Shown here piece by piece: positions 1 through 9,155 of a stretch of DNA of 64,000 nt (the first letter of the stretch is position 1; each line of letters begins with the position of its first letter). This DNA comes from Oceanispirochaeta sp. (GTDB lineage Bacteria > Spirochaetota > Spirochaetia > DSM-2461): assembly GCA_963663385.2 (NCBI GenBank), contig CAXXXD010000004.1, positions 448,001 to 512,000 of the forward strand, written 5' to 3'. The position numbers and the translations under genes were made by a program. The notes below the pieces were generated by a model. It worked only from the letters and a program-made list of their open reading frames with translations. It had not been told where the DNA came from and did not search any database.

Positions 1-759
1 TCTGTCTATGGTGATGTTTCCTCCCAGTGTTTTGGCATCGATCCCGGCCGGGGCTTCGTCAATATTAATATTCCCTCCAAGTGAGTCAACTGTAATAGGT
101 TCAAGGGTACTCTCCGGAGCAGAATCAAGGTAGACGACTTTCCCTCCCAGAGTCTCCGCCTGGAGGTTCCCGTTCAGTCCCTTTATCCTGATATCTCCCC
201 CGAGGGTATTTACAGAACCTTCCAGCCGGGAGGTCCCGATAGCTATATCGCCTCCCAGGGTTTCCATCCGGACTTCCCCCTCAAGATTGGTTAAAACTAT
301 GTCCCCTCCCAGAGTTGTACCTTCGATTCTGCCTTTAACACCGTCAATGGATAAATCCCCTCCGACAGTGTTTACAGTCAGATTGCAGGTTTCGGGAACA
401 GTCAATTCCATATTGATCCCATTCCGGCCGCTTCTGTTTTTTTCACTACAGCGGGTCTGTATGCGGATTCCTCCGGATTCTTCGTTTATTACCACTTCAG
501 CCTTTTCTATGGCCGTTCCGTATTTATAGAGTTTTATGGATACTTTTTCCTCTGTTGAAGAACGGATCCATACCGAACCGCTTGTCTCGAGGTCCAGGAT
601 TAAACTGCTTCCTGTTTTGAACGTTCTTTCTTCCAGGCTTTCTACGGCATTTCGAGGATGATCCGGCGGGCTGTTATACCGGAAGTCCTCCCGGCCGCCT
701 CCGGAGTAGAGTGGTAACCCCAGACAGAAAATCATCAGTATTATCGACATTAATTTCAT
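1..759 (-). CDS. Secreted DUF4097-like beta-strand repeat (adhesin-type) protein, 3' end runs off the window
   Basis: Hand translation from ATG 759 (GGGGAG RBS): signal peptide MKLMSIILMIFCLGLPLYS, then repeated (T/S)(L/V)GG(D/N)I motifs; open to base 1; not in the ORF track. Confidence 0.75.
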   Translation of the reverse strand, partial: MKLMSIILMIFCLGLPLYSGGGREDFRYNSPPDHPRNAVESLEERTFKTGSSLILDLETSGSVWIRSSTEEKVSIKLYKYGTAIEKAEVVINEESGGIRIQTRCSEKNRSGRNGINMELTVPETCNLTVNTVGGDLSIDGVKGRIEGTTLGGDIVLTNLEGEVRMETLGGDIAIGTSRLEGSVNTLGGDIRIKGLNGNLQAETLGGKVVYLDSAPESTLEPITVDSLGGNINIDEAPAGIDAKTLGGNITIDR

Positions 760-841
760 AAAGACTCCCCCTGGTAACTGTTTTACTGACCCTTATATAA
801 CCTTTAGATACGGCAGGAGCGGAAAAGGTTTACTTTTTTAT

Positions 842-1576
842 TTACTTATGATGATGAAGTCCCCTGTGAGGTATCAGGGAGTGGGGCATCTCCAGCCCAT
901 GAGTCTCCATCAGTTCCCTGTCGGCCATAATCTGTCTTATGGGGCCTTCCGTAACGATTTTTCCTTCATCGATCAGGATGACTCTGCTGCAGGTTTCCAG
1001 AAGGAATTCCATATTATGGGAGGAGATGAAAAGGGTTTCCCTCATCCCTTTAATCAGTTCTGTAACCTTCCGTCTGTTTCTGGTATCCAGATTGGCAGTC
1101 GGTTCGTCAAAAAGAAGAATATGGGGGTTCATGGCAAGGAGGGAGGCAATGGCAGCCAGCCTCTTCTGACCACCCGAAAGGTGAAAGGGAGCTTTTCCTG
1201 ACAGCTCCTCACCATCCACACGGATCAGGGCATCCCGGACGATTTTCCGGATCTCTTCCCTGCTCAGTCCCATATTCATGGGACCGAAGGCTATATCATC
1301 AAAGATGGTGGACGAGAACAGCTGATCGTCGGGTGACTGGAAAAGGTAGGATATCTCCGGGTTGAATTTGCTTTGCTGAACTCTCTTGCCGTTAACAGTC
1401 AGTTCTCCTTCCATCGGCTCCAGAATCCCGCAGCAAAGGAGAAAAAGGGTGGTTTTTCCTGAACCGTTGGGGCCTATAAGCGCAGTCTTCTCTCCTGCTT
1501 CCAGGTGGAGGGTTATATTGTTTAGAACATGGGTTCCGCAGGGATACCGGAAACTGACATTATGAATTTTCAGCAT
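842..1576 (-). CDS. cbiO: ECF-type Ni/Co transporter ATPase (CbiO/NikO)
   Basis: GPNGSGKT, FQSPDDQLF, LSGGQ, DEPT; operon with cbiQ/cbiM; His-rich tail. Confidence 0.9.
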   Translation of the reverse strand: MLKIHNVSFRYPCGTHVLNNITLHLEAGEKTALIGPNGSGKTTLFLLCCGILEPMEGELTVNGKRVQQSKFNPEISYLFQSPDDQLFSSTIFDDIAFGPMNMGLSREEIRKIVRDALIRVDGEELSGKAPFHLSGGQKRLAAIASLLAMNPHILLFDEPTANLDTRNRRKVTELIKGMRETLFISSHNMEFLLETCSRVILIDEGKIVTEGPIRQIMADRELMETHGLEMPHSLIPHRGLHHHK

Positions 1577-2301
1577 GTTAACTCCAGAAGCAGTATAAAG
1601 GTAGAGCCGGTTATTACAGCCAGAAAAAGGAGAATATCCGGAAGTTTTGTATGAAAATCTTCCATGGTGCGGTAATTCCCGGTAAATCCCCGGAGTCTCA
1701 TGGCGGCATTAACCCTCTGGCTCTGTTCGTAACTTCTGATGATAAGCGTGATAAGGATATCCGCGGAGGTCAGGGTATGGGCCAGGCCTTTCTGTAAACT
1801 GAATCCTCTCAATCTGGCGGCTGTCATCAGTTTTTTCAGATCATCCCTGTACAGAAAAATATAACGGTAGGTTGAGATGAGGATGGCAACCATTTTTTCC
1901 GGAATGCCCACGGCTTTCATGGCATGCATGATTCGCGTCATGCCGGACGTCCCCATCAGGACGGCAAACAGCAGGAATATGGTCAGTGATTTCAGGGCAA
2001 TGATCCCCAGGAGGATCAGGCCTTCTTTGTAAATACCGAATCTCCCCCAGCCAATCAGGAGGGCCTTCCCCGGTGTCAGCAGAATAAGGGGGCTCATGAA
2101 AATCAGGATAGAGAGGGGAGGCTGTATGGCTTTTTTTATTTCCCGTCCCGGCATACGGGAGGCATGGAGGAGAATTGCGGTCACAATTACCCCGGCTCCC
2201 ATAGCTCTGAAACTGCGGGGAAAAGCCAGGGAAAAGGTAAGGATGATAATGGCTGTCAGTTTCCAGCGGTCATCCCAGCGGCTGATCAGGCTGTTTTCCA
2301 T
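1570..2301 (-). CDS. cbiQ: ECF transporter T component (CbiQ/NikQ)
   Basis: Hydrophobic; YRYI, ARLRG and AMRLRG motifs. Confidence 0.88.
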   Translation of the reverse strand: MENSLISRWDDRWKLTAIIILTFSLAFPRSFRAMGAGVIVTAILLHASRMPGREIKKAIQPPLSILIFMSPLILLTPGKALLIGWGRFGIYKEGLILLGIIALKSLTIFLLFAVLMGTSGMTRIMHAMKAVGIPEKMVAILISTYRYIFLYRDDLKKLMTAARLRGFSLQKGLAHTLTSADILITLIIRSYEQSQRVNAAMRLRGFTGNYRTMEDFHTKLPDILLFLAVITGSTFILLLELTC

Positions 2302-2903
2302 GATCCGATCATCTCCGGTTTTATCTTCAGCAGCCGGTACAGGATAATGCCGCTTAATACCCCTTCCACCAGTGCCAGGACAGAGTTGCTGATGGAAAAG
2401 AATACGGCAATCCCGGCCAGTTCCTGTCCGGAAAAGAGAAGAATCAGGACAACCAGGATTGTTGCGCAGATAACCGAAAGGAATGTAAGGATCCCGGCAA
2501 CAACAGAAACATAAAGCAGTTTTTCCTGCTTCCGTATGGTTAGCATCCTGAACAGCTGCTGTATAATCAGGGCGGGAAGCATCATGACCACCGAGTTTAC
2601 TCCCAGGGTGGAAATCCCTCCGTGCTGGAACATGACGGCCTGGAAAAACATACCTGCCAGGATTGCCAGAGGAGAGGATTTTCCCAGAATTACTGCCGTT
2701 AAACCCAGCAGGGTCAGGTGAACCGAGGTTACCCCCACTTTAAAGTGAATAAGGGACGCTGTAAAAAAGGCCGCGCCCATTACGGCTATGGCCGGGATTT
2801 CATCATTGTCTGTTTTTTTAAGACTGTATGCTGTCAGAGCGGCAGCCAGGGTATAGCCTCCTGAACAGGCGGCTATATTCAGAATCCCTTCGGAAATATG
2901 CAT
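2286..2903 (-). CDS. cbiM: ECF Ni/Co substrate component (CbiM/NikM)
   Basis: Diagnostic N-terminus MHISEGIL; HGGISTLGVN motif; multiple TM segments. Confidence 0.92.
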   Translation of the reverse strand: MHISEGILNIAACSGGYTLAAALTAYSLKKTDNDEIPAIAVMGAAFFTASLIHFKVGVTSVHLTLLGLTAVILGKSSPLAILAGMFFQAVMFQHGGISTLGVNSVVMMLPALIIQQLFRMLTIRKQEKLLYVSVVAGILTFLSVICATILVVLILLFSGQELAGIAVFFSISNSVLALVEGVLSGIILYRLLKIKPEMIGSWKTA

Positions 2904-3325
2904 CAGTTTTTTCTGCCTTTAAAATAGAGGGCTGTTCCGGCAGCTCCCCATGTTACGCAGAGAACCATCATCAGTTTCTGCAGCAGGCTCAGGCCGCTGG
3001 AGCGGGCCTCTCCGGCAAGGCCTGATTCATCCACAGGGAGGTTTATCCTGAGACCATGGCCCCCGCTTCCCCTGACCTGCAGAATCCAGGTCCCTGTCCT
3101 GTCCGGTTCAAAGTAAAAAATCCCTGTTGAATCAGTTTTAAGAGTATATGCCGCTTCGGTTCTATCAGGGGGAAAGACCAGCACTTCCGAGTCGGCAAAG
3201 GCCTCACCCGTATCAAAACGGGCTTCCACTTTAATAACCCTGTCCGACAGGATCGAATATTCTGTTCCGTGGGAGTAAAGAGGAAATGTCAGAACCCAAA
3301 GGAAAAGGGGTAGGAATCTTTTCAT
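2903..3325 (-). CDS. Membrane-anchored accessory protein of the Ni/Co uptake system (NikL/CbiL-like)
   Basis: Signal peptide ending LYS-HG, small beta domain (TDSTGIFYF..GTW..GGHG), C-terminal TM helix; coupled to cbiM. Confidence 0.65.
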   Translation of the reverse strand: MKRFLPLFLWVLTFPLYSHGTEYSILSDRVIKVEARFDTGEAFADSEVLVFPPDRTEAAYTLKTDSTGIFYFEPDRTGTWILQVRGSGGHGLRINLPVDESGLAGEARSSGLSLLQKLMMVLCVTWGAAGTALYFKGRKN

Positions 3326-4059
3326 CTTACTACTTCACAGTGGCCTTCGCCCAGGTGTCCCAGGGTTTCAATGGAACCGATTAAAAGGTTGTAATTTTCA
3401 GACCCCTTCAACTCATCCTGTTCCACCGTTAAACGGCCTTCCCCGCTTAAGGACATAAAGAAATCAAAGCCGGGGGAGCCCGTATTTACGTGGTCGTCCG
3501 CATCAGCATCAATATCGCCGAAAATATGGTCAAAATGAAATGTCATTTCAACCTCGGTTTCATCTTCTTTAAGGAGTCCCCTGATACTGTCTCCCACATA
3601 GCCGTCCCTGCCGTCAAAAGTCAGTTCTTCATTCAGCTTGATCAGAAAATCCAGACTCTCCCCGTCCTTTTCCGCCTGTCCTTCCATTATTATTGAGAAC
3701 CCTTTAAACTCTCCTTCTTTCAGGGGAGTCAGGTTGAATTTCAGGGACTGATAGTTGCCTTTGGGAAGATCTTCTAAATCCCCCACTTCTACAATGGGGC
3801 TGTCCTTCAGGTTTACAAGGTAGGAACCGGGAAGTTCCGCCTTCAGTTTTGTATCCCCCGGATTATAGGCGGTAATCCCGCTCAGGTTTACAAGCACCCT
3901 GTCAAAGTTTATGTTCCATCCGTCCTTTGAGACGAATCCATTAGCGACAAAATCTTCACCGTTTGCGGTAAAACGGATTGTTCCTTTGTTGTTCTGACAA
4001 CTCATCAGGGTTATAAGCAGCATTCCCAGAGAAAGCAGGTATCCTGTTTTGTATTTCAT
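3322..4059 (-). CDS. Putative metal-binding lipoprotein (DUF4382-like)
   Basis: Lipobox LMSC; FTANGEDF, TFHFDHIFGD and HLGEGHC motifs; start chosen at the ATGA overlap with the deoR stop. Confidence 0.7.
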   Translation of the reverse strand: MKYKTGYLLSLGMLLITLMSCQNNKGTIRFTANGEDFVANGFVSKDGWNINFDRVLVNLSGITAYNPGDTKLKAELPGSYLVNLKDSPIVEVGDLEDLPKGNYQSLKFNLTPLKEGEFKGFSIIMEGQAEKDGESLDFLIKLNEELTFDGRDGYVGDSIRGLLKEDETEVEMTFHFDHIFGDIDADADDHVNTGSPGFDFFMSLSGEGRLTVEQDELKGSENYNLLIGSIETLGHLGEGHCEVVR

Positions 4060-4835
4060 TCTTCCGTGCATGTTATTAATTGAACTCCTAGGATTTTTAT
4101 TTTTTTCACGGTTTCTTCTTCGGGGGCTTTATCCGTGATGATTTTGTGAACAATATTGAGCGGCCCTATGGGACTGAAGGCTATTTTTCTGAATTTACTG
4201 CTGTCCGCCAGAACGATTATCTCGGAAGCGGTTTCTATCATTTTTTTCTTGATGGGTGTCTCGTACATGTTCTGGTCGCTCAACCCCTGTTCGGGAGAGA
4301 GTCCTGTCACTGCAAGAAAGAGCTTGTTCGCATTTACTTCAGAGAAGAACTTTTCTGCCGGTATGCCGGTCATTGTTCTGGAATCGGTATTGAAAATACC
4401 ACCGGACAGTACCAGGGTGATTCCGCCGCTTCCTGACAGTATATTGGCTATGTCCAGGGAGTTGGTTAGAACTGTTATATGATCCTTCTCCCGCAGATTT
4501 TCCGCCAGTTTAATGGAGGTCGTTCCTCCGTCCAGTATAATGGTGTCTCCCCTCTGAACCAGTTCGGCTGCCTTGCGGGCAATCCGGATCTTGCTGTCGC
4601 GGTTTTTGTCCCTTCTGCTATCCAGAGTATTTTCGGACAGTTCGTCCATAACGTTGACCGCACCGCCTTTGGTCCTCTGCAGCATCCCTTTCTCCGATAG
4701 GACGTTCAGATCCCGGCGGATGGTGTTTTCCGATACATTCAGACGTTCTGCCAGATTTTCAACACGGACAGTTTTTTCCGAACGGACTATATCCATAATC
4801 AGCAGGTATCTTTCGGGCTGATACTGTTTATCCAT
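4056..4835 (-). CDS. DeoR/GlpR family transcriptional regulator
   Basis: HTH VSENTIRRDL, RTKGGA, LDGGTT, ADSSKF. Confidence 0.93.
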   Translation of the reverse strand: MDKQYQPERYLLIMDIVRSEKTVRVENLAERLNVSENTIRRDLNVLSEKGMLQRTKGGAVNVMDELSENTLDSRRDKNRDSKIRIARKAAELVQRGDTIILDGGTTSIKLAENLREKDHITVLTNSLDIANILSGSGGITLVLSGGIFNTDSRTMTGIPAEKFFSEVNANKLFLAVTGLSPEQGLSDQNMYETPIKKKMIETASEIIVLADSSKFRKIAFSPIGPLNIVHKIITDKAPEEETVKKIKILGVQLITCTEE

Positions 4836-4878
4836 AGGGAAATCTTAACAAAGCATAGGGAATAATACAATGCATATC

Positions 4879-4938
4879 TGGTGAAAAGTGATGATATGTG
4901 GTTGAATGTGGTGATAAATGGTTGTAATCGGGTTGATT
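4879..4938. promoter_or_regulatory. Array of 10-bp phased direct repeats, putative DeoR operator of the divergent deoR-nickel / larCEB promoters
   Basis: TGGTGAAAAG TGATGATATG TGGTTGAATG TGGTGATAAA TGGTTGTAAT CGGGTTGATT. Confidence 0.6.
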
Positions 4939-4977
4939 TCCTGTTTATCTATGATATATTGGCCATGGAGTAATAGA

Positions 4978-6366
4978 ATGAAAACACTGTATTTTGATTG
5001 TTTCAGCGGAATTAGCGGTGATATGACCCTTGGCGCCCTGGTGGATATAGGGGTCCCTGCAGAGTATTTGAAAGAAGAGCTGAGTAAGCTGCATATAGAG
5101 GATGAATTTTCACTATCCTTTGATATCACCCAGAAAATGGGAATAACCGGTACAAAAGCAGGGGTGATCCTTCACAATCAGGGTGATCATCACGGGCACA
5201 GCCACGAGCATGAGCACAGCCACGAGCATGAGCACAGCCACGATCATGAGCACAGCCACGATCATGAGCATAACCACGATCATGAGCATAACCACGATCA
5301 CGGGCATAACCACGATCATGAGCATAACCACGATCACGGGCATAACCACGATCACGGGCATAACCACGATCACGGGCATAACCACGATCATGAACACAGG
5401 AACCTTCATACGATTACTCATATTATTGAAGGAAGCGGGATTTCCGCCCGGGCTAAAGAGTGGGCTTTGAAGATATTTACAAAGGTCGCAGAAGCGGAGG
5501 CGAAAGTCCACGGCAAGCCCCTCGATCAGGTTCATTTTCATGAAGTGGGAGCCACAGACTCCATTGTCGATATTGCGGGGGCGGCAGTCTGTCTGGATTA
5601 TCTGGGTGTGGACAGGATCCTGGCCTCTCCTGTTGAAGTGGGGGGCGGGTTTGTCAAATGCGCCCATGGCCTCTTTCCCGTTCCTGCTCCGGCAACGGCA
5701 GAGATTCTTACAGGAATCCCCTGTACATACGGGAGGGTGGATTCCGAAACAACAACCCCGACGGGAGCGGCTATTCTGGCAGCCATGGTGGATGAGTTTA
5801 CCTCTTCTCCCGATCTTACCGCTGATAAAGTAGGGTACGGTCTCGGATTCAAGGATTTTAAAATCCCCAATGTTCTGCGTGTAATACTGGGAAAATCCGG
5901 GTCTTCAGTAAATCCGGACTACGAACGGGACAGAAACCGGCTGATAGAGTGTAATCTGGACGATATGAATGCCGAGGATTTTCAGGAGGTTATGGACAGG
6001 CTCCTTGAGGCAGGCGCTCTGGATGTTTATATGACATCTGTGATGATGAAAAAGTCCCGGCCTGCTGTAAAACTCTCGGTGCTTGTAAAAGAGTCCGATA
6101 AAGACCGCTGTATTTCCCTGCTTTTCAGGCATACCACAACATTTGGAGTCAGAATTGCCGATGTCGAAAAAGTCATGCTGAAACGGGAATTGAAAACTGT
6201 TGAGACAAGTTACGGACCTGTGCAGGTTAAAGTCGGAAAACAGGGAGACTCCACAGTAAAGTGGAAAATGGAATATGATGATCTGAAATCCCTGGCGGAT
6301 ACCGGAGGCATAAGCCTGCCGGCTTTAAGGTTAAAACTGATGGAAGAGATAGCAGGAGATATATGA
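4978..6366 (+). CDS. larC: Nickel-pincer cofactor nickel insertase LarC
   Basis: YFDCFSGISGDM, AEAKVHG, VHFHEVGA-DSIVDI, CAHG..PVPAPAT, TPTGAA, ECNLDDM, MKKSRP; GGAG RBS before ATG 4978. Confidence 0.95.
   Translation: MKTLYFDCFSGISGDMTLGALVDIGVPAEYLKEELSKLHIEDEFSLSFDITQKMGITGTKAGVILHNQGDHHGHSHEHEHSHEHEHSHDHEHSHDHEHNHDHEHNHDHGHNHDHEHNHDHGHNHDHGHNHDHGHNHDHEHRNLHTITHIIEGSGISARAKEWALKIFTKVAEAEAKVHGKPLDQVHFHEVGATDSIVDIAGAAVCLDYLGVDRILASPVEVGGGFVKCAHGLFPVPAPATAEILTGIPCTYGRVDSETTTPTGAAILAAMVDEFTSSPDLTADKVGYGLGFKDFKIPNVLRVILGKSGSSVNPDYERDRNRLIECNLDDMNAEDFQEVMDRLLEAGALDVYMTSVMMKKSRPAVKLSVLVKESDKDRCISLLFRHTTTFGVRIADVEKVMLKRELKTVETSYGPVQVKVGKQGDSTVKWKMEYDDLKSLADTGGISLPALRLKLMEEIAGDI
5191..5397 (+). 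repeat. In-frame 18-bp tandem repeat (about 11.5 units) encoding H(E/G)H(S/N)H(D/E) in larC
   Basis: Units such as catgagcacagccacgat and cacgggcataaccacgat read directly. Confidence 0.95.
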
Positions 6367-7184
6367 GCCGTTCAGAAAGATTGAAGAAGCTGAAAGGTAT
6401 TATATCCGGGTACAGGAATTTTGCTGTGGCTTTTTCCGGAGGAGTGGACAGCACATTTCTCCTGGCTGCGGCGGTAAGAGTTCTGGGAGCTGATCATGTG
6501 ACAGCCATGACGGTTGTTCCTCCCTATGTCGCCGGGTGGGAGATCGAGGAATCCCGTGAATATGCGGAGAGTCTGGGTGTTCATCATATCCTGATGAAAG
6601 CGGAAATGATTGATGAAGTCAGGAGGAATCCTGAAAACCGCTGTTATGTGTGTAAGCGGTTTCTGTTTGAACAGATGAAAGACCGCTGCGACAGGGAAGG
6701 GATCGCCGTACTGGCAGACGGTTCCAATGCGGATGATCTGGGGGATTACAGACCGGGGATGCAGGCTCTCAGGGAACTGAGCATACTGAGCCCCATGTTG
6801 AAAGCCGGTCTGACCAAGCAGGATATCCGGGATATTTCCCGTGAATGGGAACTGCCGACCTGGGATAAACCGCCCTACGCCTGTCTCCTTACAAGGATTC
6901 CCCATAACAGGACAGTTACTCCGGAAATTCTGGAGCGGATAGAGAAGAGCGAGGTCATTCTGATTGAAGCGGGATTCCCCTACGTGAGAGTGCGGGACCA
7001 TGGAGATGTCGCCCGTATTGAGATCCCCCGGGAGAGGTTCGAAGAGTTTCTGAACCGCGGTGTTTATGAAACGGCGGAACAAAAGCTGAAAAGCTGCGGT
7101 TATCAGTATGTAACCCTTGATCTGGGGGGGTATAAGATGGGGAATATGAATCCCGCAGGAGTCATGATAAAAAGGGAACCATGA
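6363..7184 (+). CDS. larE: ATP-dependent sulfur transferase LarE
   Basis: PP-loop SGGVDS, RCYVCK, DYRPG, WDKP..ACL.TRIP, RVRDHG. Confidence 0.95.
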   Translation: MSRSERLKKLKGIISGYRNFAVAFSGGVDSTFLLAAAVRVLGADHVTAMTVVPPYVAGWEIEESREYAESLGVHHILMKAEMIDEVRRNPENRCYVCKRFLFEQMKDRCDREGIAVLADGSNADDLGDYRPGMQALRELSILSPMLKAGLTKQDIRDISREWELPTWDKPPYACLLTRIPHNRTVTPEILERIEKSEVILIEAGFPYVRVRDHGDVARIEIPRERFEEFLNRGVYETAEQKLKSCGYQYVTLDLGGYKMGNMNPAGVMIKREP

Positions 7185-7255
7185 ATTGTTGGGCCCCTTT
7201 TTGATCATATAGCGACAGAGCAGGCAACCAGCTCGAAAGCTTAATGGAGTAAGAA

Positions 7256-7999
7256 ATGGATGATGTTAAATCTATATTGGAAGCCTATAAAAACGGGAAC
7301 CTGGATCTGGAAGAAGCCGTTAGAAGCGTAAACAGCAGCTATTTTACGGATTTGGGGCATACCGTTCTGGATAATAACAGAATGAAGAGAACCGGGTATC
7401 CGGAAGTGATATACAGTTCCGGGAAAACCCCCGAACAGGTCCGCAGCATATTTAAAGCCATGGCCGACCGGGGGGATAATATCCTGGCAACACGGTCTGA
7501 TGAAGCCGTCTGCGAAGCTATCCGAAAGGATTTTCCGGAGGCTGAGTATCATGAAATGGCCCGTATCGTCAGCCTTAAGAATAAAGACTTTCCTTATGTG
7601 AATGACCATTCCATTGCTGTTGTTACAGCGGGAACCTCCGATCTGCCGGTTGCAGAAGAAGCTGCTGTTACGGCAGAATTCTACGGGAACAGGGTGATAA
7701 GGATAACTGATGTGGGTGTGGCCGGTATCCACCGTCTTCTCGGCCGGTTGGAGCAGATCCGCTCAGCCCGTGTTCTGGTCGTCGTGGCCGGTATGGAAGG
7801 GGCTCTGCCCAGTGTGATCGGCGGACTTGTGGACAAACCCGTTATAGCAGTTCCCACCAGCGTGGGGTACGGCGCCAGTTTCAATGGTCTGGCAGCCATG
7901 CTGGGAATGCTGACGAGCTGCTCCTCCGGAATCAGTGTCGTGAATATTGATAACGGGTTCGGTGCCGGGTATCAGGCCAGTCTGATTAATCAGCTGTAA
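7256..7999 (+). CDS. larB: Nickel-pincer cofactor biosynthesis carboxylase/hydrolase LarB
   Basis: AGTSDLPVAEEA, DVGVAGIHRL, AGMEGALPSV, PTSVGYG, VVNIDNGFGA. Confidence 0.95.
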   Translation: MDDVKSILEAYKNGNLDLEEAVRSVNSSYFTDLGHTVLDNNRMKRTGYPEVIYSSGKTPEQVRSIFKAMADRGDNILATRSDEAVCEAIRKDFPEAEYHEMARIVSLKNKDFPYVNDHSIAVVTAGTSDLPVAEEAAVTAEFYGNRVIRITDVGVAGIHRLLGRLEQIRSARVLVVVAGMEGALPSVIGGLVDKPVIAVPTSVGYGASFNGLAAMLGMLTSCSSGISVVNIDNGFGAGYQASLINQL

Positions 8000-8147
8000 T
8001 GTTGTGTTTCTGATGGTAACCGGTATCTTTCATAGCCCATCCGATAATCCTCGTCTATCGGAATGCTATTCAATTCAGGGGATAGGATCCGGCTGACAGA
8101 TAGTTAAATCCAGCTGTCTATAGAAGAACATTCATTTCTATTTTGAC

Positions 8148-8194
8148 TTGACGGCCCTTTCATGGAATAGTATATTAGAGATCATATGATTTCT
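8148..8194 (+). promoter_or_regulatory. Sigma70 promoter of tetR with adjacent palindromic operator
   Basis: TTGACG-17bp-TATATT (8148-8176), followed by AGAGATCATATGATTTCT (8177-8194). Confidence 0.7.
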
Positions 8195-8209
8195 TAAAGG
8201 CAGTGCGGA

Positions 8210-8755
8210 ATGCGTCCCAAAAAAGATGAAGTGAGAAGAAAAATACTGGAGGCCGCTGAGATTCAATTCCTGAAGGAAGGATTCAGAGGAGCAGGCATGC
8301 GGGAGCTGGTCAGGCTTTCCGGTGTCAGTTATGGAAACATCTATAAGTATTTTAATCACAAAGAAGACATCCTCAATACTTTGATGAAGCCCTTTGCTGA
8401 CATGTTAATAGAAGGGTTTGCAGAAATCACCAGCCATAAAGAGAATGGGGAAGAGGATGCGACGGAGATAATTACCAAAGGTCTTTTCAGGCTTTACGAA
8501 AAAAACAGGAATCTCTTTCTGATTTTTTTCCTCCACATGAAGGGTTCCCAATTGGACAGGAAAAGAGTAATGCTGATTGACAAGCTGGCCATTCATATAG
8601 CCCATTTGATTAACGATGATGGTTTAAGCCGGATTCTGGCCAGAAACTTCTTTTCGACTATTGCTGAATTGGCTTTGCAGAATGAAGATCCACAGAGCTT
8701 TAAGAAGGCAGTGACAGAATTTGTCAGTTATCATATCAGGGGCTGTTGCTCCTGA
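8210..8755 (+). CDS. TetR/AcrR family transcriptional regulator
   Basis: N-terminal HTH ILEAA..F...GF...GVSYGNIYKYFNHKEDI. Confidence 0.88.
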   Translation: MRPKKDEVRRKILEAAEIQFLKEGFRGAGMRELVRLSGVSYGNIYKYFNHKEDILNTLMKPFADMLIEGFAEITSHKENGEEDATEIITKGLFRLYEKNRNLFLIFFLHMKGSQLDRKRVMLIDKLAIHIAHLINDDGLSRILARNFFSTIAELALQNEDPQSFKKAVTEFVSYHIRGCCS

Positions 8756-8768
8756 TTTTTTTTGCCAT

Positions 8769-8792
8769 TTAAGAGATCACATGATCGCTTAA
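8769..8792. promoter_or_regulatory. Second copy of the TetR operator palindrome
   Basis: TTAAGAGATCACATGATCGCTTAA matches the site at 8177-8194. Confidence 0.7.
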
Positions 8793-8810
8793 TTTTCCAG
8801 AGGAGGTGAT

Positions 8811-8975
8811 ATGTAAACAATACAGGAAAAACATTGGCTATTCTCACCCTGCTGTAAGCGGGTGTGTCATTCCACGAAATAACGATAAGGAATGAACTAT
8901 GTTAAAAGAGGAACATTCCCGGCAGAATAAACGGTAAAACGGTACGTGTCCTTTTCCCCATCCTGTTTCTATGAC
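8811..8975 (+). pseudogene. Decayed remnant of a TetR-controlled gene (possibly a secreted retropepsin-like protease)
   Basis: Strong RBS AGGAGGT followed by ATG-TAA; out-of-frame signal-like fragment (TLAILTLL) and IPGRINGKTVRVLF at 8915-8956. Confidence 0.4.
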
Positions 8976-9155
8976 CTGAACTCACAATACAGATCTGCTT
9001 TCTAATGAAAGATGATTTTGTTTCATATGATGGATTTGTTCGGAGGATCATCTTTTCTCTTGCAAAAGAAAGTAATTGGAAATATAATCGAAGTACTTAC
9101 GAAAGTATATAGATAGTGAATAGTAAGGTTTTGAAAAATCGAACAGGAGTTTTGT

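Noticed and set aside
4836..4977. Cobalamin riboswitch or NikR site ahead of the cbiMQO operon
   Set aside because: The region is short and AT-rich, with no B12 box or recognisable NikR palindrome
5191..5397. Possible CRISPR array
   Set aside because: Contiguous in-frame tandem repeat with no spacers and no cas genes
5113..5667. Repetitive ORFs (MIVVMPV.., ITTIMS..) overlapping larC
   Set aside because: Alternative-frame and antisense shadows of the 18-bp His repeat
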